A model generated the notes under the pieces. That model saw only the letters and a list, made by a program, of their open reading frames with translations. It did no database searches and was not told the DNA's origin. Below, in pieces: positions 27,053 through 36,307 of a stretch of 44,016 nt of DNA. The translations under genes were made by a program, and so were the position numbers. Source of the stretch: a phage; sequence record PZ379180.1; one strand, 5' to 3'. Numbering within the stretch: position 1 is the stretch's first letter; the number at the start of each line of letters is the position of its first letter.

Positions 27053-28473
27053 TTCTTACCTCGTCTCTTCATGTAATTAAGCAACTCTTCCTGTACCGAT
27101 TTCTTCTCGTCAGTACGTGTGGCAACAACCTCGTCCAGCGTGTCTTTAGCGACGATGTGATAGAGGAACACCGGTCGCTCGTGCCCCGCTTGTTTCTGGC
27201 GGACCGGGCCTATACGCTCAACAACCTGCAAATAGTGCTCAAGGTTCCAGCCTTGCGAGATGAACGCCAGATGATGACCCCCGTCCTGTAAATTCAAACC
27301 ATGCCCGGCTGACGCAGGATGCACGCATAAAATCTCGATTTCCCCACGGTTCCACGCTTCCATCTGCTTGTTACCCTTAGCCCCTTTGGCGAATGCCTGG
27401 GCCTGCGGGAATCGCTTAAGGATGCGCTCCAGTTCGTGCTTGAACTGATAAGCCACCAGCAACGGCGCGCCCTGTAACTCCTCGACAATAGACTCCAGCG
27501 CATCCAGTTTCGTGTCGTGCACTTTCTCCCATTCTTTGGTTGCTTCGCCGTCTTCGCCCGTCACATACACGGCACCGGATGCAATCTGCAAGCACTTTGA
27601 GGTCTTCGCCGCAGCGTTAGCCGCTTCAACTTCCCCGCTCTCCAGTTCTGCGAATAACTTCTCCTCCATATCTATGTACGCCTGACGTGCTTTCTTCGGC
27701 AGGTCGATTTCAACCGGCACGATAACAGGCGCTTCACAACCGAACCACTCGGCGGCGTCAATCGTCAGACTGATGTCCTTCATCTTCTGGTGAATCTCGT
27801 TATCTGCACCAGGGCGGGCGTGATATTCACGTGCCATCGCAGATTTTCCTTTCTGTACCGAATTAAACCAGCGGTCGGTGAATGCTGTATACGACGAACC
27901 TAGGCGCTCGCCAGCGTCGATAAACCAGTTCTGGCCCCACAAATCCTTGAGGCCGTTTGGTGACGGTGTACCAGTCAGGTTAATAAAACGCTTAACCCTT
28001 CCGAAAGCCACTTTACTAAGCGCCTTTGCACGCTTGCTACCACCTGAACGGCTGCGGAATGATTTAAGCTTCGTGCTTTCATCTGCAACGATAACCGTAA
28101 AAGGCCAGTCGTCTTTGCCGTAGTAGTCAATCAGCCACTCGATAACCTCATAGTTCGTGCAAACCACGTTAGCATCTGACTCCAGCGCCGCGATGCGGCG
28201 CTTCTCTGAACCAGTCGCATCTACAACACGCAGACATGGGAATTGCCATTTCTCTTGCTCTGCAGGCCACGTACCAGACGCAACCCGCAGCGGGGCGAGG
28301 ATTAACACGCGGTCGTCATCATTAAGTTGGTAGTTTCGGAACAGTCGGTTTAATGCCCACAGTACGCTGCCAGTCTTCCCAGCGCCCATGCTTGCCCATA
28401 TGTTGCAGCGATGGTGCCGCAGCATGAACGAAGTCATGAGCTTTTGGTACTCACGCCTTTGAAACTTACTCAT
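27049..28473 (-). CDS. SNF2-family DNA helicase
   Basis: Walker A GAGKTG, DEST box (VIVADESTKLKS), LTGTP, C-terminal helicase motifs. Confidence 0.85.
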   Translation of the reverse strand: MSKFQRREYQKLMTSFMLRHHRCNIWASMGAGKTGSVLWALNRLFRNYQLNDDDRVLILAPLRVASGTWPAEQEKWQFPCLRVVDATGSEKRRIAALESDANVVCTNYEVIEWLIDYYGKDDWPFTVIVADESTKLKSFRSRSGGSKRAKALSKVAFGRVKRFINLTGTPSPNGLKDLWGQNWFIDAGERLGSSYTAFTDRWFNSVQKGKSAMAREYHARPGADNEIHQKMKDISLTIDAAEWFGCEAPVIVPVEIDLPKKARQAYIDMEEKLFAELESGEVEAANAAAKTSKCLQIASGAVYVTGEDGEATKEWEKVHDTKLDALESIVEELQGAPLLVAYQFKHELERILKRFPQAQAFAKGAKGNKQMEAWNRGEIEILCVHPASAGHGLNLQDGGHHLAFISQGWNLEHYLQVVERIGPVRQKQAGHERPVFLYHIVAKDTLDEVVATRTDEKKSVQEELLNYMKRRGKK

Positions 28474-29395
28474 TTACCGCCCCCATGAATGCCTTTATAA
28501 ATTCAGCAGCTACTTGCGGGACGATGGCATTGCCGTAACCGCGCAATCGTCCCACTCTGGCGGGTATCCCATCAGCCAGCGGGAATGTGCCGGGTTCAAC
28601 TGGCCTGAATTTTCCATCCCGGCATCCGAGCCAGTCTGCCTCTGACCAGAAGCCGTGATGCGGATTGGTCGCGATATTTTCAGTCCCTGCTCCGTTGAGT
28701 AGTCCAGCCTGTCGAAAGTCCGGTCCTTTCCGTCCTTGCGAATCACTGTCTCTCCGCTCCCTCTGTAATCGTTCGCGGTCGGCGTCGCCCATGCCGTCAT
28801 CGCGGCGGCCCACCCCAGTTTGTTCGGTTTCGTCCTGCCGTCTGTGCTGCGCATGTTCACGTCGTTTGTTATCAGTGATACTGCTGGCGTGGGCCAATCT
28901 ATGCGCGCCGAAGAAAAGTCGGTCGCGTTTGTGCGGTGCGCCGACGCTACAAGCTGGGAGTACGGCAAACCCGACGGCGTAGTTTTCTCCTTCCAGGTGA
29001 GTTTGTAAATCGCACATCCACGATTTTGCAATTGCTGGCGCAACCTGCTCCCCAAAGAGGACTGGAGGGCGGCACTCGCTGATGAGGTCGAGGAACACAG
29101 GTGCGAGGTGTCTCGGGTCGAACTGTCCGAGTTGCTTTCCCGCTGCGCTAAACGGTTGGCAAGGCGGGCTTCCCGTCCAGAGAGGCGCATCTTCCGGAAC
29201 TCCCGCAAGTCTGAGCGCGAGAGGCCAGCCGCCGATACCAGCGAAAAAATGACACTGGGTGAATCCGTCGAGGTCTTCTGGCTTAACTTCAGTAATGCTT
29301 CTTTCATCTACAACTCCAAAAGGTATGTGACCCTGTTTTATTAATTCACGCAGCCACGCGGCTGCGCCTTTATCCCATTCGTTGTAATAGTTCAT
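28466..29395 (-). CDS. DNA C5-cytosine methyltransferase (central third apparently out of frame)
   Basis: Motif I FAGIGGW, motif IV GSPPCQPFSAAG, motif VIII APHKRDRLFFGA, motif X GNAIVPQV in this frame; TRD and motif IX lie in overlapping frame 28510..29307. Confidence 0.75.
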   Translation of the reverse strand: MNYYNEWDKGAAAWLRELIKQGHIPFGVVDERSITEVKPEDLDGFTQCHFFAGIGGWPLALRLAGVPEDAPLWTGSPPCQPFSAAGKQLGQFDPRHLAPVFLDLISECRPPVLFGEQVAPAIAKSWMCDLQTHLEGENYAVGFAVLPACSVGAPHKRDRLFFGAHRLAHASSITDNKRREHAQHRRQDETEQTGVGRRDDGMGDADRERLQRERRDSDSQGRKGPDFRQAGLLNGAGTENIATNPHHGFWSEADWLGCRDGKFRPVEPGTFPLADGIPARVGRLRGYGNAIVPQVAAEFIKAFMGAVNE

Positions 29396-29583
29396 TTTGC
29401 CACCAGAACTAACTCTTTACGCCCGAACGCCGTAACGTTACCGGTTACATCTTCGATAACCAGTTTACCGTTCGACTCGACGTACACCGTATCAACGGCA
29501 ACAGGCCGACGGGTCTTAACGTTGAAAATCATGTCGCCAGGTACGATGTCACGTGCTGGTTTGCGGTCATATTCGTGTTTCAT
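29392..29583 (-). CDS. hypothetical protein
   Basis: 63 aa ORF with AAGGAA RBS downstream of promoter-like element. Confidence 0.4.
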   Translation of the reverse strand: MKHEYDRKPARDIVPGDMIFNVKTRRPVAVDTVYVESNGKLVIEDVTGNVTAFGRKELVLVAK

Positions 29584-29613
29584 TTCTCAATTCCTTATAT
29601 TGTTGGTGTAGGA

Positions 29614-29937
29614 CTAACTATAATAGTTCGCTATTAGGGCGTCAACCTGTTTAAACGAACCAACGACAAAAACATTAGCACCACGCTTACGCATCCGCTC
29701 GTGCTCCCGTAACTGGTGTGGATCCGGCTTCGTGCTTTCGTCTTTCTTTATCTCGACGAACCAGATGACGCCGCCAGGGAGAATTACCAGCAGGTCAGGG
29801 GCGCCGGAACGTCCTTCGTAGGAAAGTTTACGAACGAGGCCACCAATGGCCTCGAATCGGTCTTTTGCGTATTTCTGTATTTTGCCCTCAGGCGTACTCA
29901 TCCACACACCCCTCACGTTTCGTATGCGCAATACCAC
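29614..29937 (-). CDS. VRR-NUC domain nuclease (putative)
   Basis: PDLLVILPGG...FVEIKK resembles PD-(D/E)xK core of VRR-NUC. Confidence 0.5.
   Translation of the reverse strand: MVLRIRNVRGVWMSTPEGKIQKYAKDRFEAIGGLVRKLSYEGRSGAPDLLVILPGGVIWFVEIKKDESTKPDPHQLREHERMRKRGANVFVVGSFKQVDALIANYYS
29617..29645 (-). promoter_or_regulatory. promoter-like element with AATAG-N4-CTATT palindrome
   Basis: Minus strand TTGACG-17-TATAGT, palindrome 29622-29635 in spacer. Confidence 0.45.
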
Positions 29938-29982
29938 AGCGCGGACAGATCCGGCGGTCTTCTTCGTAGAACCAGTAAATTT

Positions 29983-30114
29983 TCATTCCAGCACCCACAG
30001 ATAAATTGTTACTAACATACCTAATACGGCAACCATCATGCCGTATTGACCCTCGTGACAGTAGACACCGGCGGCGAATCCCGCCAGTACCGCAATAATC
30101 AGTTTACTTGGCAT
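29983..30114 (-). CDS. small membrane peptide (43 aa)
   Basis: Hydrophobic ORF MPSKLIIAVLAGFAAGVY..., below track cutoff. Confidence 0.25.
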   Translation of the reverse strand: MPSKLIIAVLAGFAAGVYCHEGQYGMMVAVLGMLVTIYLWVLE

Positions 30115-31492
30115 ATCGCTTCATCTCCGCACCTTCAGCTACAAGAGGGAACCCCTCCGCCCATTCCGGCAATTCGCACATCAACCGCTCAAGCTCTGCT
30201 ACATTGTATTCCGGTGAATCTGGTGTCTCGCAGATAATCTCATCGTGTACGTGAAGTACAATCGGGTAGCCGTTTGCTTCTACGTTCAGCAGGGCATTAG
30301 CCAGCAAATCACGGCACAATGCCTGAGTGCAGTTTTCCACCAGTTTACCCGAGTAGGTGTACTGGAACCCCCACTGACGGGTTAGCTGATTTTCGCCCTG
30401 GTACTTAATGCGCACGTTAGTAGACACCTTCCCGTCTCCATCTGTTTCTTTCGACACGCTCAACCCGACGCCCGGATAAGACATAACGCGACCCGACGGC
30501 AACGTCATGCGCAACCACCAACCAGCGACTTTGTTGCCGTTGTTGTCCGTTTCTACGTTACGCGAAAACTTAACACCCCGCGGTCCCGCAGTGAACTCTT
30601 TACCTGGATTGCGGATAGCCGCCATAGCCGCGTCTTCAATATCACGCCAGAAAGCTACTGTTTCCGGGTGTGACTCACGCCACATGCGCTTGATAGCGTC
30701 GCAGGTACGCCACACTTTCTTATCAAGAATATACGATGGTCGGTCATCCTTTTCACCTGGCCGCGGAGGTCGCTTGGCTTCCTGAATACGTGCCCATTCA
30801 TAGCCGCGTGCAGTAGCGGCCCATATATGGTTGGGGAATGTCCCGTCCATTGTTTTTGCCATATCAACCAGGTTTAAGCCGAGGTTCTTAGCAAACTGAA
30901 CGAAAGCACCGACACCACCAGCATAGCCAAGGCCCAATTCACATGCTTTACCTATCTGGCGTAGGTCACTACGGCTTTCGAGAATGTAATCAGGGTCCAT
31001 GCCGAACATCTTACCCGCGGTTACACAGTAAATATCCAATCCCGCACGGAAGGTATCGAGAGCGGTTTCTTCTCCCGCCAGCCATGCCAACCCGCGACCT
31101 TCAACGTTAGAGTAATCAGCTACGACAAACTTACGCCCGGCTTCCGGTATGATGCAGCTACGCACCGTCGATGCCGTTAGCTTGGCTACATCGAAACGGC
31201 GATGCGCGCGGCCTTTAAACAACAGGTCGATTCCGTAGGACAATGGGTGTGTTACCCTCCACCAGTCCTTCTCTGACATCCAGTCATAACGTACTTTCTT
31301 CTTTTTATTCTTCGGGTCGTCATGATAGTACCCGCGCGCCAGGTTCTGTGGCTGGAAGCCTTTACCCGCGAACCGTAACGTACGCTTTGCCCCACCGTAC
31401 TGGATACAACCGCGGCGTCGGTCGTCCGACGAGCGGCCTAACAGCAGCGGGTTATATTTCGTGGACGCTGTTGACGCGGCCCCGAGGCGCAT
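30104..31492 (-). CDS. DNA polymerase family A, polymerase-domain fragment
   Basis: Motif A VADYSNVEGRGLAWLAG, motif B RQIGKACELGLGYAGG, motif C LHVHDEIICE. Confidence 0.85.
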   Translation of the reverse strand: MRLGAASTASTKYNPLLLGRSSDDRRRGCIQYGGAKRTLRFAGKGFQPQNLARGYYHDDPKNKKKKVRYDWMSEKDWWRVTHPLSYGIDLLFKGRAHRRFDVAKLTASTVRSCIIPEAGRKFVVADYSNVEGRGLAWLAGEETALDTFRAGLDIYCVTAGKMFGMDPDYILESRSDLRQIGKACELGLGYAGGVGAFVQFAKNLGLNLVDMAKTMDGTFPNHIWAATARGYEWARIQEAKRPPRPGEKDDRPSYILDKKVWRTCDAIKRMWRESHPETVAFWRDIEDAAMAAIRNPGKEFTAGPRGVKFSRNVETDNNGNKVAGWWLRMTLPSGRVMSYPGVGLSVSKETDGDGKVSTNVRIKYQGENQLTRQWGFQYTYSGKLVENCTQALCRDLLANALLNVEANGYPIVLHVHDEIICETPDSPEYNVAELERLMCELPEWAEGFPLVAEGAEMKRYAK

Positions 31493-32370
31493 TTCGATAA
31501 TCGTGCGGGCGTCGTCAGGTAAATCATCATCGGTACCAGCAGGTCATTCAGCGTCGACTTCTGTGCGTTGTGTATGCGGTGTGCGGGGGCCAGTTCACGT
31601 AGAATAGGCAGAAAGTCCTTACCGGTAAGCGAGCCGCCGTATTTACGTTGAGCTTCTTCCTGTAACTGTGCCTTGTGCTTCTCTACGGCTTCAATCGCGG
31701 CTTCCGCCAGTGCGACGTCAACCTTAAATCCGCGGTCGTTGATTAACTGGTCAAGTTCCAGTACACGGTCTTCGAACTCGGAGTTACCCCAACGCGGCAG
31801 CTTATGGAAGACTTCACGCATCGCAGTGATGTCGCTCACGGCGTACCTGATGAACATCGCCCACTCGTCAGGGTGAGTTTCTGCGGTGTAGCGGCGGATT
31901 TTGTAGTTCTTCGGCGTCGGTTTAGAGAAACGCTTAATCAGAGCCTTGCCGCGTTTATCTTTCGCGTTGTCTGCAGACACGCCCAGCACTTCGCACAGCG
32001 CATCAAGAGAACCCGGCAGCGCGTGACGGAACGCCCAAATCATAGTATCAATGGTGTTACTTACCGGAATATCAAAGCCCCAGCAGTGTTTCATGATTAG
32101 GCGATCGAAAAGTCCACCGTTGTGCCATACCATCTTAATGCGACTGTTTGGCTTAACCAGACGGCGTAGAGCGCGGTGTAAATCCACGGGCATATCACTG
32201 CCGTCGGTGCAATCCCATACCTGTACAGGCTCGTCGTCAAAAGCGTAGGTACAGATAAGCACTTCGGTAGTTGGATGCTCGGCGTAAGCATAGGAGCCGA
32301 CTTTCTTCAAATCGGCTTCGGAGAATGTTTCAAAGTCTAAGTAAAGCAATGTGTTCATAGTCTGTACCAC
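31438..32370 (-). CDS. DNA polymerase family A, 3'-5' exonuclease-domain fragment
   Basis: Exo I motif LYLDFETFS; ORF overlaps the polymerase fragment by 55 nt in another frame. Confidence 0.8.
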   Translation of the reverse strand: MVQTMNTLLYLDFETFSEADLKKVGSYAYAEHPTTEVLICTYAFDDEPVQVWDCTDGSDMPVDLHRALRRLVKPNSRIKMVWHNGGLFDRLIMKHCWGFDIPVSNTIDTMIWAFRHALPGSLDALCEVLGVSADNAKDKRGKALIKRFSKPTPKNYKIRRYTAETHPDEWAMFIRYAVSDITAMREVFHKLPRWGNSEFEDRVLELDQLINDRGFKVDVALAEAAIEAVEKHKAQLQEEAQRKYGGSLTGKDFLPILRELAPAHRIHNAQKSTLNDLLVPMMIYLTTPARLSKCASGPRQQRPRNITRCC

Positions 32371-32633
32371 GTCTGATAGTCTGCTTCTGTGAGATGGTCG
32401 TCGCGATCTTGTTTCTTGTTTTTACCGCGTTCTATGATTTCTGCCCAAGTCCGGTCTGGGTCTGTGTCTTCTATTAAATGTTTATGCTCCTCGCATGCAT
32501 AGTGTTTATACCAGTCTCGTACACCGTAAGCTGGAGGGTATTTAGTCATCCAAATTGCTCTAACTTTTTTACCTTCTGCCTTACAAAATTTGCAGTATGT
32601 GATGCGTCTGTATCTCTTAAGTTCCGCTGCCAT
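32355..32633 (-). CDS. zinc-binding hypothetical protein
   Basis: CKFCK...C..EEHKH cysteine/histidine cluster. Confidence 0.4.
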   Translation of the reverse strand: MAAELKRYRRITYCKFCKAEGKKVRAIWMTKYPPAYGVRDWYKHYACEEHKHLIEDTDPDRTWAEIIERGKNKKQDRDDHLTEADYQTWYRL

Positions 32634-32651
32634 TATTTTCGACCCTTAGTA

Positions 32652-32674
32652 AAAAGGCCCAATGAAGGGCCTTA
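32652..32674 (-). terminator. intrinsic terminator
   Basis: AAGGCCC-aatgaa-GGGCCTT hairpin; minus strand followed by TTTTT. Confidence 0.5.
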
Positions 32675-32692
32675 GTTAAATTGATTCAGAAA

Positions 32693-33316
32693 TTAACGGC
32701 GGCGACGTTCGCGACGCGGTGCGTCTTCTTCGTCGTCTTCCAGGTCATCGACGCTTGCAGCTACTTTAGAACCACCGAACGCTTTACCTTCGCCTACGTA
32801 TTTAATCGCCAGCAGGTTAACGCCGAGGACTTTATATTTCTGGCTGAACCAGATTTCTACGCTTACGTTAGCAACGCAGCCGCTGTAAACCTGTTCACCT
32901 TCAATCTGTTCACCGTCTACATTGAAGTCCTGCTCTACCTGAGTCTCGCCTTTTTTAGAGGTTACAATCAGCGGTTGTTTCTGTGCCTTCGCTTTGAAGT
33001 AGAAGCCTTCCGGGAAGTCTTCAAACGGATTGTCGCGCTCGGCAATGTCTTTAATCGCGCATTTATCCATGTGCTTACCTTCACCGTAGTTGGACTTCAT
33101 CCATTTCTCGGCAGCGGCTGCGCCTAACGCTTCTTCAACTACAGCGTAAACGGTGTCGTAGAGTGCATCGATTTGAGCATGGTCAGACGGCAGGATGATA
33201 GTCGCGCTGTACTGGCCTTTAGTGATTGAGCCATCATCGTTTTCACGGTCTTTTTCACGTTCAAATACGTTAACCCATGCAGTGTTTACTTTACGCAGAT
33301 TCAGTTTAATACCCAT
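32693..33316 (-). CDS. ssDNA-binding protein (T7 gp2.5 / DUF2815-like, putative)
   Basis: 207 aa with acidic patch SVDDLEDDEED near C-terminus; position in replication operon. Confidence 0.45.
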   Translation of the reverse strand: MGIKLNLRKVNTAWVNVFEREKDRENDDGSITKGQYSATIILPSDHAQIDALYDTVYAVVEEALGAAAAEKWMKSNYGEGKHMDKCAIKDIAERDNPFEDFPEGFYFKAKAQKQPLIVTSKKGETQVEQDFNVDGEQIEGEQVYSGCVANVSVEIWFSQKYKVLGVNLLAIKYVGEGKAFGGSKVAASVDDLEDDEEDAPRRERRRR

Positions 33317-33384
33317 CGTGATTTCTCGCTTTTCAGTTTATATTTCAAAGTTTACTCCAGGAAGCTGCCCGGCCAGTGATTAGA

Positions 33385-33413
33385 ACTATAATAGCTAACT
33401 ATTCAGGTGTCAA
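33385..33413 (-). promoter_or_regulatory. promoter-like element with AATAG-N4-CTATT palindrome
   Basis: Minus strand TTGACA-17-TATAGT, palindrome 33390-33403 in spacer. Confidence 0.5.
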
Positions 33414-33447
33414 ATAAAATTTTGCAATAGGGATTATGTTCTCGAAA

Positions 33448-33603
33448 TTAAGCATATTGGTACGGTTCGAACTCATCCTCTACAGGGTAGTATCGCATCA
33501 TGGTACCGTTCAAGAACGTGAACGATTCCGAGTGTAGATACCCATCCCAGTGCCATACCATCAAAAAATCTTTATCAGTCGGCATTTCATTTACTTGAAT
33601 CAT
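33448..33603 (-). CDS. hypothetical protein
   Basis: ATG at 33603 with AGGAGG RBS (track ORF 33448..33633). Confidence 0.35.
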   Translation of the reverse strand: MIQVNEMPTDKDFLMVWHWDGYLHSESFTFLNGTMMRYYPVEDEFEPYQYA

Positions 33604-33920
33604 TCTAAATCCTCCTCTGTAACTTGATTCCACTCAGGACGTTTGTCATCCGCCGTTGCGACGCATGGCGCACCGGGCTTACGGGTAATGAAGTCTTTCA
33701 GTTCTTCTTCCGGTACAATTTTAACCGCTTCGGTCGGTGTCATAAGAACTACCTTTTGCAGCATAGTACCGTACTTCTCGAATACTGCATCGGTATCTTT
33801 CCACGCACGATTACCCGGGCGTCCTTCAACCAGTTTATACCCCGGCACTTTCTTACCGGAATGTAACGCAGCAGCCATAGCTTTCTCAACCTTGTCGATG
33901 TGCTGGCGCAACAACGGCAA
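33600..33920 (-). CDS. C-terminal part of Cas4-like nuclease (frame open up to about 34093)
   Basis: Same frame upstream encodes CQWCRFSEQC cysteine triad; C-terminus TEEDLE. Confidence 0.5.
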   Translation of the reverse strand: MPLLRQHIDKVEKAMAAALHSGKKVPGYKLVEGRPGNRAWKDTDAVFEKYGTMLQKVVLMTPTEAVKIVPEEELKDFITRKPGAPCVATADDKRPEWNQVTEEDLE

Positions 33921-34084
33921 CTTCTCATACTCAGCTACGAGTTGCTCTGGCGTAAGCTCAAGTGCAAAGTCGTCCTCCAGTTCTTCCGCCAGCCCCGCGT
34001 TAACGGTTTTTGTACGCGCTGCGCATTGTTCAGAGAACCGACACCACTGACAACCATCTACCGACGGCTTGAAGTCCGACGCTT

Positions 34085-34840
34085 TCAGGTTCTTTTACCC
34101 CGGAAATAGGCATCAAGAGCCAACAGCGCCCGTTTCTGTGCAAACTTAGCGAACAGTTCCAGACCTTCAACCGAGATGTCCCACTCCGATGCACCGCCAG
34201 CGTACGGCTGGAAGATGACCAGTCGAACGGTTGTTATGCTATAACGTCTCTTGAGTCGGCGATAAACGCCGAGAGCATAAAGCATAAGCTGCTTGTTTTC
34301 TTTCGCTTCGACACGATGCCGCCCGGTTTTCAGGTCGCAGATGATAAGCATGTGTTCGTCGGTGTTAGCCAGTTCCTGTATGGCAACAAGGTCAGCAGTT
34401 CCGAACGTCTCAACGCCTTCATACCCCGGATGCAATACCTCAGTAAGATTAACACGCATTTCCAGCTTGGCGTAAGTCGCTATATCGATAATCGCCTTGC
34501 AGTAGTCGGTGTACTTGCGCACCTGCTCAATCATGTCCGCCGTAATCAGTACCGCGCCTTTCATCGGGCTGATTAGTGCCTTAATCTGGCCTTTGCCTTC
34601 ATCCAGCACGTAAGCACCGACTTCACGCTCTAACGGCAGCGCAGTTCCGCGAATATAAGCGTTGAGATGGACCTCAGCTATGGTGTGCATTGCCGTGCCT
34701 AATACAGCGGCTTTACCTGACGTGTTAGGGGTATCTTTTTCACAGGCCAGTGATGCCGCGCAACTTAGCCACTTTTTAGCCCCTGACGGCGACAGTAAGG
34801 CATGTACATCGTTATTGCCGCCGCGTTCTTTAAGAATCAT
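34085..34840 (-). CDS. PD-(D/E)xK nuclease, Cas4/RecB-like (N-terminal part)
   Basis: ICDLKTG (D-x-K) and QLMLYALG (Q-x-x-x-Y) motifs; N-terminal Cys. Confidence 0.6.
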   Translation of the reverse strand: MILKERGGNNDVHALLSPSGAKKWLSCAASLACEKDTPNTSGKAAVLGTAMHTIAEVHLNAYIRGTALPLEREVGAYVLDEGKGQIKALISPMKGAVLITADMIEQVRKYTDYCKAIIDIATYAKLEMRVNLTEVLHPGYEGVETFGTADLVAIQELANTDEHMLIICDLKTGRHRVEAKENKQLMLYALGVYRRLKRRYSITTVRLVIFQPYAGGASEWDISVEGLELFAKFAQKRALLALDAYFRGKRT

Positions 34841-35199
34841 CGTAAACTCTCCAAATACAAGTTTAATGCCTGTAACTGTTCTTCTGTAGGAATGAAAGAA
34901 TCATCGCGATGTAAGTCGCTTAACTGTTGCAACATTCCTGCGAACTGACGTCTTGCGTCAACAGCGTCCATGTGATGCTTTTCACTTTTATATATTAATG
35001 TTTTCGGGTAATCCTCAAGCCTGCCAGACGATTTATTCACGCGGAGCGCACGAGCTTCATGCACAATGTGAATGTACTTTTTGCCGTTTTGTAACACAGT
35101 AGCTACGCCGCTGCTCTTTCTGCGGTCGCCGACTGTGTAAACCTTGTCGCCACTACGCAGATTAAGCCACCATTTATCGGTCATACCCTGTTCTCCCAC
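34837..35199 (-). CDS. hypothetical protein
   Basis: 120 aa ORF, stop-start overlap with neighbours. Confidence 0.4.
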   Translation of the reverse strand: MGEQGMTDKWWLNLRSGDKVYTVGDRRKSSGVATVLQNGKKYIHIVHEARALRVNKSSGRLEDYPKTLIYKSEKHHMDAVDARRQFAGMLQQLSDLHRDDSFIPTEEQLQALNLYLESLR

Positions 35200-35453
35200 T
35201 GGTCAATTAAATGTCGTGTCTGGTGCTGGCAGTGCATGGCCCAGCTATACATCGACTCGAAGACATAAAAGTCAGGCTTGGCAAAAGTCGTGCGCTTAAT
35301 CTGCGACACGTGACGGCCTATATCTTTGGGCCTGGGTACTTTGCCTAAGTACGCCATCTCTTCCATCTGGTGCGCACCGGAAGGAGCGCGCAATAGCCAT
35401 AGAGCCTCCGTGTTATCCCGTCGGTCAATACCTCGGTAGAGTTGGTAAATCAT
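35181..35453 (-). CDS. hypothetical protein
   Basis: 90 aa ORF in leftward operon. Confidence 0.4.
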   Translation of the reverse strand: MIYQLYRGIDRRDNTEALWLLRAPSGAHQMEEMAYLGKVPRPKDIGRHVSQIKRTTFAKPDFYVFESMYSWAMHCQHQTRHLIDQWENRV

Positions 35454-35495
35454 ATTACGACCCTCTGTTAAAGCGGTCAGAAGGCCGCGGGATAG

Positions 35496-35999
35496 TTATT
35501 CTTCTTCGAAATACTTGTTCTTAATCGCCGTCAGGCGTTTCAGGTATTCAGCCAGGTCTTCGTCTTTAATCGCGGCAATCTTCATTTTCTTACCGGTGAA
35601 CTCCTCCAGCAGTTCATCGGAATCGTCGCACGCAGCATCGCTAGGACCTTCGTTAATTGCATCGTCGATAGCCTGAATCTGGTCACGAAGAGACTGGTAA
35701 TCGACCTCTTCTTTCTCTTCTTCTGGTTCTGGAGTCGGCTCCTCTACTTTAGCTTTACGCGGCTTGCGTTTCGGCTTCTCTTCTTCTTCTGCTGGTTTAG
35801 CGTCAACGATGTCTTCACCTTCAACAGGGATTTCTTTTGTTGCTTCTTTTTCGCACTCAGCTACCGCTTCTTTGGTATACACTACCGTCTCTACTTCTAA
35901 CGGCGCTGCAACTTGTGCTGACTGTTTCGCACTGTTCGCAGCAATCAGTTCATGTGCAACTACGAAACGTTCCAGTAATTTTAAGAATTGTTCTAACAT
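35496..35999 (-). CDS. acidic hypothetical protein
   Basis: 167 aa, E/K-rich central low-complexity region. Confidence 0.4.
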   Translation of the reverse strand: MLEQFLKLLERFVVAHELIAANSAKQSAQVAAPLEVETVVYTKEAVAECEKEATKEIPVEGEDIVDAKPAEEEEKPKRKPRKAKVEEPTPEPEEEKEEVDYQSLRDQIQAIDDAINEGPSDAACDDSDELLEEFTGKKMKIAAIKDEDLAEYLKRLTAIKNKYFEEE

Positions 36000-36021
36000 T
36001 TGTTTCTCCTGTTTATTTAGG

Positions 36022-36249
36022 TTACTCGCCGTCGCCTTCTGTAAGGCTATCGTCTATTAATTCAAATTTACCGTTTGAGTGTTGGATAGCTTCTTGCCCG
36101 CAATGGTCGCAAACCACCAGTTTATCGAATCCGTCAAACTCGTCCCCGACTACGCAAGAAAGTACAAATTTATGTTTTGTACATACTTCTTGATGTTCAC
36201 CGAAAATTACCCGGAAACATTTAGTTATAGCTCCAGTGATTATGTTCAT
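36022..36249 (-). CDS. zinc-ribbon hypothetical protein
   Basis: CTKHK...CDHCGQ cysteine pairs; first gene downstream of leftward promoter; GAGGTG RBS. Confidence 0.4.
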   Translation of the reverse strand: MNIITGAITKCFRVIFGEHQEVCTKHKFVLSCVVGDEFDGFDKLVVCDHCGQEAIQHSNGKFELIDDSLTEGDGE

Positions 36250-36277
36250 ATCTTCACCTCTCGTTTGGTATGGGCTA

Positions 36278-36307
36278 ACTATAATAGCGAACTATTCATG
36301 ATGTCAA
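36278..36307 (-). promoter_or_regulatory. leftward promoter with AATAG-N4-CTATT palindrome
   Basis: Minus strand TTGACA-18-TATAGT, palindrome 36283-36296 in spacer. Confidence 0.5.

Noticed and set aside
28510-29307. 265-aa overlapping ORF as an independent gene
   Set aside because: Not a separate gene; its central part appears to be the true frame of the C5 MTase, while its N-terminal 90 residues are shadow sequence
33643-34050. 135-aa plus-strand ORF
   Set aside because: Antisense to the nuclease C-terminal extension; Ser-rich with no RBS
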